A stretch of DNA of 64,000 bases from an uncultured Candidatus Saccharibacteria bacterium (lineage in GTDB: Bacteria > Patescibacteriota > Saccharimonadia > Saccharimonadales > JAGQMS01): assembly GCA_964554485.1 (NCBI GenBank), contig CAZKOX010000002.1, positions 21,146 to 85,145 on the forward strand. Direction: 5' to 3'. Shown here piece by piece: positions 9,637-18,249 of the stretch. Position 1 is the stretch's first letter. Each line of letters begins with the position of its first letter. The notes beneath the pieces are model-generated. The model saw only the letters and a program-made list of their open reading frames with translations. It searched no databases and was not told the origin of the DNA. A program made the position numbers and the translations under genes.

Positions 9637-10989
9637 CTATAATCTTCCATATATTTCAGATAATAAAGGAATGAAAGCGGGGTCTCGACACTCATCCCTG
9701 CCTCCAGTTTGTGGAACGCCATTTATGGTGCAGCCACGATCGATATGAAGATGCGCTGCTCCTGATGAGCCATCACAGTTATGCTCTGGCGTCCATTCAG
9801 CTATTTCGCCCATAGCTTGGCCAGCTCTTACGTTATCTCCTCTTTTAACCACTACATTATTTAAGTGACCATACCAATAATAAAAGCCGTCAGCGGCTTT
9901 AAGTTGTATGTTATAGCACCAACCTGGTTCATCCTCCCCAACGCCAGCAACTTCACCGTCATCGAAGGCGTAGATATCATCGCCACCTTTTCTGCCGTTC
10001 AAACCAAATAAGTCAAACGCCGGTCCTTTGCCGCCGTGTCTTGAATAAAGTTGATTAATTGTTATTCCGCCGACCGCTCTTGTTTGCGGCTCGAGAGGGA
10101 ATGCGTATCCAGTGAGCGAGTCTACCTTACCGTCACCAGCTACTGCGCCACCTGTAGATTGGCTTTGTTCGCAATTCTCTGCTGGTCGTGTATAGGTAGT
10201 GCTCTGGTAGAGTTGTAACATCTTTGCGCCAAGTTCTTGCCTCGCCTTAATGACAACCTCTTTATCCTCAAGATGCTTATCATAGGTTTCGCCAGTTGCT
10301 GTTCCATTCGCGCTTGATAGGGGTTCATAAACAACTGTTGCTGGGGCGTCATAGTAGAGCAGGAATTCGTCCGAAGCCTCATTTAATGTTGTGTCTGGGC
10401 TTCTTAGTAGAGATAGTATGTCGATAAAGTCGTCACTCTCAAGCTCGGACCACATGTAGTCTAGCTGATACTCTAGGTCGCCGGTTGATCTAGCGATATT
10501 AAATGGTGATTCCGTCGTGCCGAAAGATTTGTGCAATAGTCCAAGCTGGCGAACTTTGCTCTTCCATTGGACTATTCCGTATCCATATAATCCATAGATT
10601 GCTGCTAGTGGTTTTACCTGATTTGTAGCGGAGTCTTTTTCTGTTGGGAGCTCTGACTCTTCAGGTTTTGACGTGCCGCCCTGCATTTTATGAGGGTTGA
10701 TCTCAGATATCGCCTCTAAGTTGCCCATTATACCGGCAGCGGCATTGGCAGAAAGATGCTTTCTGTTCGTAAGGTAATCCCACACGAAACGATGTCTATC
10801 GTCTACCGACATATCGCTAGAGGTAACGCTGCATACATCAGACGTCGGATCGTAAAATGGAGTGTCTCTGAAGATAGATTGCAGTTCGGCAGATGATTCT
10901 GCATATATAACAATAGGGCGTAAGCAAAAGACGGCAACCAGAACACTAATCAAAATAAAATATAATCCTCTATGGAATATTATTTTCAT
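9637..10989 (-). CDS. Secreted peptidoglycan hydrolase: phage-tail-lysozyme-like N-domain plus M23/LytM-like C-domain
   Basis: AAAGIMGNLEAISEINP motif (phage tail lysozyme-like). C-terminal ..YGHLNNVVVKRGDNVRAGQAMGEI.. and AAHLHIDRG (HxH of M23). N-terminal TM/signal. The ATG at 10989 overlaps the upstream TGA (ATGA coupling). The track ORF starts at 11001. Confidence 0.7.
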   Translation of the reverse strand: MKIIFHRGLYFILISVLVAVFCLRPIVIYAESSAELQSIFRDTPFYDPTSDVCSVTSSDMSVDDRHRFVWDYLTNRKHLSANAAAGIMGNLEAISEINPHKMQGGTSKPEESELPTEKDSATNQVKPLAAIYGLYGYGIVQWKSKVRQLGLLHKSFGTTESPFNIARSTGDLEYQLDYMWSELESDDFIDILSLLRSPDTTLNEASDEFLLYYDAPATVVYEPLSSANGTATGETYDKHLEDKEVVIKARQELGAKMLQLYQSTTYTRPAENCEQSQSTGGAVAGDGKVDSLTGYAFPLEPQTRAVGGITINQLYSRHGGKGPAFDLFGLNGRKGGDDIYAFDDGEVAGVGEDEPGWCYNIQLKAADGFYYWYGHLNNVVVKRGDNVRAGQAMGEIAEWTPEHNCDGSSGAAHLHIDRGCTINGVPQTGGRDECRDPAFIPLLSEIYGRL

Positions 10990-13900
10990 AATAACGGGCA
11001 AATCTCCTGGTTTATGTGCTGAGTATCATCTTTTGGTGTTGCGGCGCCAGTGAAGTAGGCTGTCTTACGAAGCGCGCCGTCCCAGTTAACTTGGAAGTGT
11101 ATATGACTCCAATGGTCTTGAATTGGGGCGCAAGAATAACCCTTACTTTTACTCCATTGTAATCGCCAATATTTGACATATTCTATACCGAAAATATCAG
11201 CATTGGTAATAAGCCACCCCATGGCATTATTACCTTTACTCAGTTCCTCGGGTTTACGGGAGTTAAAGTATGAATCTATCGCTCGGCCTGTAGGATGTGC
11301 ATCCGGTTTTGTCCCTCGATCTCTACAGCGCCACGATGGACCTAGCCCACCTTGTCCATACTTAGTGTTAATAAGTACCTGTAGTTCTCTTGCTCCGAGC
11401 TGTGCCTTGCCTTTGTCTGTTATTGCTTCAGGTGGCTGCGTTCCATCCCAAATACAACCAGGGAAGATCATATTATAGGGTGCATGCACTTTGCCCGTTA
11501 CGGGTACGCTTGGAGTGTTGTCTGTGGTGGCGGTCGAGCTAGACGCTTCGCCGCCAATTCCGCCGTCGTCACTGTAGCCATAGGCATAACCTATGCCGCC
11601 CATTACGCTGCGGTCTAGAAGTACGCAATTGTACACCGCTGCAGCTTGGGCTTCTTTTTGGCTGGCATCGCCGGGCAGGTTGGCATAAACTGCATCCCAA
11701 AAAATACTAGAGTCTCCGAGTGTAGCCATATCTCTCGTTACACCGGCTGGTGCATTAGTCGCGTTTTCAAAGTAGTTTGGTTTGAGAGGATCGAGGTCAA
11801 AGCATTCTTTAGGAAAATCATAAGTATCGAGCCCGCTCCACTCGGCCACCGAAGACGGTGTCGTAGTGTCCTCGGCAAGTGCCTTGCCACTTAAGACATT
11901 CGCGTAATTGTCTAGGCCGTTTATGGGGTTTGCTATAGAATTTATCGCCGCACCTGGTGTCGAAGTGTTTAGCTTCATAAGCATCGATGAGGCTAACGAC
12001 TTAGGGTTCGAAAGTGAAGCATAGCGATCCCAATTACTAGTATTCGAATCTTTTTCTTTTTGCCAGTCGGTAGCCATTTTGTTGGAATAATCTCGGAGAT
12101 AGGCATATGAAGATGTTGCCGCTGCGCCATTATTGCGCGCCGATGCTTCAGCGGTGGCTGCTCCGCCCATCATCATGTAGTTCATTTGGCCGGCAATGGT
12201 TGGGTCGTATTTTACTCCTGCTCCTGCATACTCCATAGCTTTAACAACTCCGGTTGTAACAATATCTTCTATGGCGCCACCAGCGCCAGTAGTTTCAAGT
12301 ACCCAGTTAAGAATCGGGCCGACAACTTTGTCGACAATGCCGTCGGCGACACCACTAAACCAGTTAAAGACCGTACCGAAAACTGAATCATCAACAGCCT
12401 TTACGGCATCAGCGATTGGTCCTAGAAGCTTGCCGATAGAATTGTTATAGGCCTTCGACATCTCTTCGGCATTATTGCCGTTTAAGCCGTCGTCGTAGCA
12501 CTGATAATAAATTGGCTGTAACTTCTTTTCGGCATCGGTCATGTCGCAGTAGGCATTTCTACCTTGGTCTTCGCCTTCGGCGCTAGCTTTAGTTATCGCA
12601 TCAGCCTTACCGCCACCAAATATCATCCAAGCCTCACTCCGTTCAGCATTATCAAAGTACCTCATATATTCATTAACCTCACTATTGCGCAACGCTACGG
12701 TTGTGGAAACTGTTTCTGCGAAGCTACTAAAACCGTTTGCTTGTTCGTCGGTAATAGCAGGAAGACCTTCAGTACCAGCGATATCGCCGCTCTTCATTTG
12801 GCTGACTGCGATGGCCATTGACGCATAAGCAGCCATATATTGAGCTCTTCTTCCCTGCACAACTAACTTACCTAATGCATTAGAAGACAGCACACCATCC
12901 AACTTAGCTAGCTTTTTTAAATACGACCAAATTTTGGTATAGGGGTTGCCCAGGTATTTCCCAATCAAGTCTCTAATTTGTTTGCCTAGTTCCTTTTTTG
13001 CGGCGCCTTCGGTGACTTCACCTGCGGCATTGGTTGCTGCAGCAGTTGCGGCATCTGTTATCTCGTTTGCGGCAGAACTGGGTGTAAGATCGGTGGCTGT
13101 TTCGTATGTGCCATCAGGATTTGCAACTTGATCGGGGTTAACTGCTTCGGTTGGACTATCGTCAGCTGCTATGTGCGAGGCGTCTCCAAGAGTATTGGCG
13201 TTACGGCTATCGCTTGACGCAGGATCAGTAGCGCTCGGACAGTCGCCGGCACCAAACAAGCAGGCCACGAACTTGCCCATACGGTTCTCTGGGAGTACAT
13301 TAACCATTATTTTGTCGAATAAGTTCTTCTTCTTAGCGTCTAATCTATCTCGGGTAGTCTCGAAGAGCCGCCACTTACTAACACCAGTCATATTGGCGAG
13401 ACCCTTTCTTATCTTTCGTCGTTGAAAGACTTGCCAACTTTTTGTTCTACTATTTACGATTGTCTTAATACGCGCTCGAGATTGCTTATTACTCCCGTCA
13501 AGATCGTCGAAGAAGTCGTCTATTTTTCCATCAAACTTTCCGCTATTGATATATTCTGTTATTTTGCCGTCTCGCACATCTTTGGGCGAAATACCCGACA
13601 AGACATCCTTGTCGTCGATTCGTAAAACTACTAACTTAGATATTGTCCCGTCGTCGGTAGTGCGGCTCTCGAAAACTATTCCATCCTTGGCGAGATCAGC
13701 TTCAAATTTACTTGTTCTCATAGTGGTATACCAGTCACGGATTGGGTTGTTGGTGTCTACACGATTAGCGCGGAAAACAGCATTATCCGTCTTTATATCG
13801 CCACCATATTCAGCCAATCGGAGTTTAATGTAGGCTTTCATCCATTTATCGGAACGATTATCAAATGCTGCATTTAGTCGTAAGAATGTCGAGGCATTAG

Positions 13901-14282
13901 TATTTTCGAAAAAGTTTTCTAGTTTGAAAAGCCCCAAAAGTCCCGGTAGGAATGCAAGACCAGCAAGCAGCGACGGAATTCCGACTGCGGCAGCTGCAAA
14001 ACCAAGTTTTCTGCTCAGGCTGCCCTTGCTGAACATCTTCCCCTTGGACTTAGTATTACCATCGTCCTCAGAGTAATAATCTTTTAGCCTCTGGCTTACT
14101 GCCTTGTCCTCATCTAACTCTGCGTTCGCTTTATCTGCAAAGGGTTGAGATTTTTCATGAATTTTTGTGCCGTCGATGGCGTTATTTTCCATTTCGGCGA
14201 TTTCGTCCGGTGAAAAGCCACGCTCGGTTAATTCATCGAACTTTTCATCAATTTTTGACTGATCTTCCTCAGTGTCTAACAC
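10986..14282 (-). CDS. Giant membrane-anchored protein with a C-terminal LAS/M15-type zinc peptidase fold (cell-wall hydrolase-like)
   Basis: 1098 aa. Acidic cytoplasmic N-terminus and one TM (LGFAAAAVGIPSLLAGLAFLPGLLGLF). C-terminus has HPTGRAID (H-x6-D) and HWSHIHF (HxH) zinc-ligand motifs. Confidence 0.6.
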   Translation of the reverse strand: MLDTEEDQSKIDEKFDELTERGFSPDEIAEMENNAIDGTKIHEKSQPFADKANAELDEDKAVSQRLKDYYSEDDGNTKSKGKMFSKGSLSRKLGFAAAAVGIPSLLAGLAFLPGLLGLFKLENFFENTNASTFLRLNAAFDNRSDKWMKAYIKLRLAEYGGDIKTDNAVFRANRVDTNNPIRDWYTTMRTSKFEADLAKDGIVFESRTTDDGTISKLVVLRIDDKDVLSGISPKDVRDGKITEYINSGKFDGKIDDFFDDLDGSNKQSRARIKTIVNSRTKSWQVFQRRKIRKGLANMTGVSKWRLFETTRDRLDAKKKNLFDKIMVNVLPENRMGKFVACLFGAGDCPSATDPASSDSRNANTLGDASHIAADDSPTEAVNPDQVANPDGTYETATDLTPSSAANEITDAATAAATNAAGEVTEGAAKKELGKQIRDLIGKYLGNPYTKIWSYLKKLAKLDGVLSSNALGKLVVQGRRAQYMAAYASMAIAVSQMKSGDIAGTEGLPAITDEQANGFSSFAETVSTTVALRNSEVNEYMRYFDNAERSEAWMIFGGGKADAITKASAEGEDQGRNAYCDMTDAEKKLQPIYYQCYDDGLNGNNAEEMSKAYNNSIGKLLGPIADAVKAVDDSVFGTVFNWFSGVADGIVDKVVGPILNWVLETTGAGGAIEDIVTTGVVKAMEYAGAGVKYDPTIAGQMNYMMMGGAATAEASARNNGAAATSSYAYLRDYSNKMATDWQKEKDSNTSNWDRYASLSNPKSLASSMLMKLNTSTPGAAINSIANPINGLDNYANVLSGKALAEDTTTPSSVAEWSGLDTYDFPKECFDLDPLKPNYFENATNAPAGVTRDMATLGDSSIFWDAVYANLPGDASQKEAQAAAVYNCVLLDRSVMGGIGYAYGYSDDGGIGGEASSSTATTDNTPSVPVTGKVHAPYNMIFPGCIWDGTQPPEAITDKGKAQLGARELQVLINTKYGQGGLGPSWRCRDRGTKPDAHPTGRAIDSYFNSRKPEELSKGNNAMGWLITNADIFGIEYVKYWRLQWSKSKGYSCAPIQDHWSHIHFQVNWDGALRKTAYFTGAATPKDDTQHINQEICPLL

Positions 14283-14331
14283 TTGATTAGCTACCCTCTC
14301 GTTTCAAGATGTATTATAGCAAGTTCCGGCC

Positions 14332-16239
14332 TCAAGCTTGTAGATCGACTACACCCTGCTGCTGGTTAAACTCACCGGTCTGTTCTGGTGTGGTTTGTAC
14401 GGCGCCAGGGGTTGTCGAGATTAACGATGTTTCAGACGGGCTCGGCAGAATTTGAATATGAACGTGGTTTTGACCGGCAAAGAATAGCCCCTGTCCAATC
14501 GGGAACTGCGTTAAACGTTTCTTTTCTTCACTTGTTAACTTAAAGACATCAGCAAGAACATCAACCGCCGACGGAGATTGTTTAAGGAGCAGCTGCATGC
14601 TGGAGTTGGCGACTATTGCTCGACCCATTCGTGAGCCCATAAAATCTTCAACATCCTGAGAAATTGTAGTTAGGCCAAGATTATACTTTCGACATCGTTT
14701 CGCAATACTAAAGATGAAGTTGGCCGAGTCTTCATATTTCATGAGCTGCCAGGCTTCGTCAACAATTAATAGTCTTCGTTTTTGGTCGGATTTGGTTTTA
14801 TTCCAGATGTAATTAAGCACTATATACATCGCCACTGGTCGAAGCTCGTCTTCAAGATCACGAACGTTAAATACAACGAGCGGATTATTGATATCGATAT
14901 TGCTCGGTTGGCTAAAAATTCCAGCAAAAGTACCGGTTGTGTATTTTCTGAGCCGCTGCGCCAGCTGTGGTCCAGTGCCGCCCATGTGTAGTAGGGTGTC
15001 GTAAAGGTCGGCGATTGTTGGCGGGTTGGCATTGTGCGTTAAAGGATCGTTGGTTATACCTGCCTTAGCGTAGGTTTCGATTAGGGCGCTGTCTAGATCT
15101 GATTCTTCGATCGGAGTTAGACCAACAACTGATGTCACCCCACCTCCAGCTTGAACTGCCTGAGCAGCGGCACCGCCCATCATTAACCTGAGTAGGCCAT
15201 GAAGTGTTATTAAATTACTGCGCAGAGCGCTGTCAGCCTCTTCGCTATCGACAACTTTTGGAATATCAAAGGGGTTTAGGCGAGTTGGAGAGTTAAGTGA
15301 CAACTTGATATATGCTCCGCCAACGGCATCGCACATTTTTTGGTATTCGTTTTCTGGGTCAATAATAAATATTTCTGTACCCAGCATTAAGCTGCGCAGA
15401 GCCTCGAGTTTTACGGCAAAGCTTTTACCCGCTCCAGCCTTAGCAAAGACCACTGAGGTACCATTTTCGAGCGAGAATCTATCAAAGATAACCAACCCAG
15501 AGTTATGCATATTAACACCGTATAAAATGCCATGGTCGTCGGTAAGGTCGGCGCTAGTAAACGGAAAGGCCGTCGACAACGCCCCGGTATTCATATTGCG
15601 AGTAATGTGTAGTTGGTCAAGAAATTGCGGGACAGTGCTATTAAAGCCTTGTTCCATTTGGGTAGTTGCCGGTTTTGAATAAACAAGCTGTTGGCCAAGC
15701 ATCGACTCGACACTGTGGGTTACGAATTCTAGCTCATCGAGCGACGAAGCATAGATTGTAAAGTAAAGCCCGAACCTAAAGAAGCGCTCCTCGCCAACCT
15801 GCAACTTATCACGCATTTCTTCAGCATCTTGAATAGCGGCTTGTTTGCCGGGGTCGCGGACTTTGCCTTTTTCGGCCTCAATCTGGATGCCAGCTTCAAG
15901 TTGACCTACTTTTTTGCGCAAGTTTTCAAGCACCACTTGGCTTTCTACCGGGTAGATGTACATAGACATGTCCATCACCTCATCGAGGTTAATCATTGGG
16001 CCTAGCCATCCGGTATATATTTCACGCGGATAGCCATAAACGTAGAAGGTTCGCGCAAAACGAGTTCCGAGCTGGAAGTAGCCGGCTTGGTAGTCGAGAG
16101 AACTTGGCGCAATAAAATCTCGCAGTGCTGTTACGCCTTTTCGAAAAGCTTCGTTAACCTCTTGTTGTTCACGGAGTCGTTGCTGTTCGGCTAGGTTAAT
16201 CGGGTCGATCGAAGTGGTGGGTTTTTTCTTTCCAAACAT
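14332..16239 (-). CDS. virB4: VirB4/TrbE-family T4SS ATPase
   Basis: 635 aa. Walker A VVFAKAGAGKSFAVK, Walker B RRLLIVDEAWQLM. The N-terminal DFIAPSSLDY..FARTFYVYGYP region is typical of Gram-positive VirB4 homologs. Confidence 0.85.
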   Translation of the reverse strand: MFGKKKPTTSIDPINLAEQQRLREQQEVNEAFRKGVTALRDFIAPSSLDYQAGYFQLGTRFARTFYVYGYPREIYTGWLGPMINLDEVMDMSMYIYPVESQVVLENLRKKVGQLEAGIQIEAEKGKVRDPGKQAAIQDAEEMRDKLQVGEERFFRFGLYFTIYASSLDELEFVTHSVESMLGQQLVYSKPATTQMEQGFNSTVPQFLDQLHITRNMNTGALSTAFPFTSADLTDDHGILYGVNMHNSGLVIFDRFSLENGTSVVFAKAGAGKSFAVKLEALRSLMLGTEIFIIDPENEYQKMCDAVGGAYIKLSLNSPTRLNPFDIPKVVDSEEADSALRSNLITLHGLLRLMMGGAAAQAVQAGGGVTSVVGLTPIEESDLDSALIETYAKAGITNDPLTHNANPPTIADLYDTLLHMGGTGPQLAQRLRKYTTGTFAGIFSQPSNIDINNPLVVFNVRDLEDELRPVAMYIVLNYIWNKTKSDQKRRLLIVDEAWQLMKYEDSANFIFSIAKRCRKYNLGLTTISQDVEDFMGSRMGRAIVANSSMQLLLKQSPSAVDVLADVFKLTSEEKKRLTQFPIGQGLFFAGQNHVHIQILPSPSETSLISTTPGAVQTTPEQTGEFNQQQGVVDLQA

Positions 16240-17126
16240 TACATCGTCCCCTTTTCTAGATTTGGCTGAGGAGCCTGTCCGACGCCTTTAGTAATTACCG
16301 GTGCTGTTAAATCATCAAAATTCTTTAATTGCTGCCGCGTAGAAGTGTCGGGGTTGTAGGCATCATAATAAACTTCGATTAACTCCTGAGTATCAAGCGG
16401 CACTGCTCGGACTCCTGCTTGGGCAAGTCCAGAAACTACGGCCTGAGTATAATTGCGTAGTTCGGCTTTTGCTTTCTCGAGATCGCTCTCATTGATGGTG
16501 ACATGGTCGTTTTTCGCACCAAAAATATTACTAATAAAATTTCGACCGGCTTTTGCTACGGCTCCGGCGTTAGCGACAGGAAAATATGGAATAACCACAT
16601 AAAAACGCTTGTCCATAATATTCGCCTGCTCGGCGGTCTCGCTAATAAAGGCAATGTAATCTTCCATTAGTAGAGCAAGTAGCATGTTCTCGTGTTCAGA
16701 GCGGATTTTGTCGAGTTTTTCAATGTATGGCCGTAGATCTACGCGTTGCGATCGAATAAATATTTGAACTGGAAAATAAAGCATGTTCAAGAACCCTTGA
16801 AAAGCCAGCTCGACGCCGTCGCGCTCCTGGGGGCTCATGAGGTCAAAGTTAATACTCTTACACATCACCACAGCTCTAAAAGAACCATCGTTCATAATCA
16901 CAATTCCGTCACGAATTTCACTTATATTAAGGGTATTTTGGGTACTATTCGGATTACTTTTCGATTTGGTTGGAATTGGTGCATTTGCTGCCGGGGAAAC
17001 CGCCAATGGGTTAACGGCAGTGCCTACCGGAACTCCGGCCTGGCCTACATTTGGCTGTATTGGTGGTTGTGTATTTGGATCCATAATTTTTTCTGTTGGT
17101 TTTTGCCCTATTTCAGGGTGCCCCAC
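16239..17126 (-). CDS. T4SS-associated protein resembling the extreme N-terminal region of Gram-positive VirB4 (possible split VirB4)
   Basis: 295 aa. P/A/Q-rich N-terminus, then ISEIRDGIVIMNDGSFRAVVMCKSINFDLMSPQERDGVELAFQGFLNMLYFPVQIFIRSQ. Its stop overlaps the virB4 start (TAATG at 16237-16241). Confidence 0.45.
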   Translation of the reverse strand: MGHPEIGQKPTEKIMDPNTQPPIQPNVGQAGVPVGTAVNPLAVSPAANAPIPTKSKSNPNSTQNTLNISEIRDGIVIMNDGSFRAVVMCKSINFDLMSPQERDGVELAFQGFLNMLYFPVQIFIRSQRVDLRPYIEKLDKIRSEHENMLLALLMEDYIAFISETAEQANIMDKRFYVVIPYFPVANAGAVAKAGRNFISNIFGAKNDHVTINESDLEKAKAELRNYTQAVVSGLAQAGVRAVPLDTQELIEVYYDAYNPDTSTRQQLKNFDDLTAPVITKGVGQAPQPNLEKGTM

Positions 17127-17142
17127 CCCTTCTTAGAAGACT

Positions 17143-18231
17143 CTAGTGTAGTGAAATTACGTCATCCTGCTTCATTGCTGCCTCGCCTTCAGCATGTTTG
17201 GCGAGACTTTCGAGGCTTGATACATTCAATTCACTGCCACTTTGGCCCAACTTTTCTAGTATATCATCGGGGGCTCTACCTGCGGAGGGATTTAGGCTGG
17301 AAGCTTCTTGGGTTTGGCTGGTTGGAACGGCGCTAACAGGCTCGACTGTTTTGCCGTGTCCGTTGTTAGCCAAGTGCTTATTAAGTTCTTTGGTGGCGTG
17401 AATGTGACTCAAAAAATCAACTTCGTCGGCAGTTTGTGCAGAGGGCTGCTGTAGGAAACTGTCGGTTGGTTGTTTCTTGCCTGCTGGAGCGACGACCTGA
17501 GCGCCAAAAGTTGTATATCCGGGGTCTACGGGCGGCGCAGTAATAAACGAATAGTCTGCTTCTTCCGTGGGTGTCGGTGCTCTTCCGCTAGCTATATCTC
17601 TTAGTTTTGAGATATGTTCGGCGCGCTGTTCTTTAATAGCAGTATCAAACCGTTTTGCAACCATATTACTAACCGGGTCTAAAATGTCGTCGTCGTCACG
17701 TACATCTACATCAGGAACTTGCGCTACGGTCTCAATATCAAATAAACGGTCGGACGACGGAGCTACCCCGCCAAAACCAGCAGATGCAACATTTGGATTA
17801 AAGCTAATATTCTTAACTGCCCAGCCACGACTATCCATAGTGGCGCTAAGAGCTTTTAGTCGACTACTGACCTGAGTTTGATTTAGGCCCTTGGTTCGGA
17901 TAGCTTCAGCTTTTTTTGGTGCGGTAATAGTTACAAGCTCTGTCATGCCCGATTGATCCCAGTGGCGCTTTCTCGGTTTAATTAAAAATCGGATTCGCGC
18001 AGCAAGCCAAACGTCGTTTGGTTGGTCGCGACCAATTGGTGATGCCATAAACCCAAAAAACAAAATCGGTATCAGCCACGGCACCGCCAGGATGATGTTG
18101 ATTTTTCCGAACATAAAGGCGATGAATATAAAAACCAAAGTAACAATCGCAAAAATAAACTGCTTTAAGGTCAGCGGCCCAAGCAGCTTATCTTCGGCTT
18201 CGATGTCTTGAAGTACTTTATATGTTCCCAT
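17143..18231 (-). CDS. PrgI-family (VirB3-like) T4SS membrane protein with a long C-terminal extension
   Basis: 362 aa. N-terminus YKVLQDIEAEDKLLGPLTLKQFIFAIVTLVFIFIAF plus a second TM helix matches the PrgI/VirB3 pattern. Lies directly upstream of the VirB4 genes. Confidence 0.65.
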   Translation of the reverse strand: MGTYKVLQDIEAEDKLLGPLTLKQFIFAIVTLVFIFIAFMFGKINIILAVPWLIPILFFGFMASPIGRDQPNDVWLAARIRFLIKPRKRHWDQSGMTELVTITAPKKAEAIRTKGLNQTQVSSRLKALSATMDSRGWAVKNISFNPNVASAGFGGVAPSSDRLFDIETVAQVPDVDVRDDDDILDPVSNMVAKRFDTAIKEQRAEHISKLRDIASGRAPTPTEEADYSFITAPPVDPGYTTFGAQVVAPAGKKQPTDSFLQQPSAQTADEVDFLSHIHATKELNKHLANNGHGKTVEPVSAVPTSQTQEASSLNPSAGRAPDDILEKLGQSGSELNVSSLESLAKHAEGEAAMKQDDVISLH

Positions 18232-18249
18232 CGCTCATTATCCTTACCC

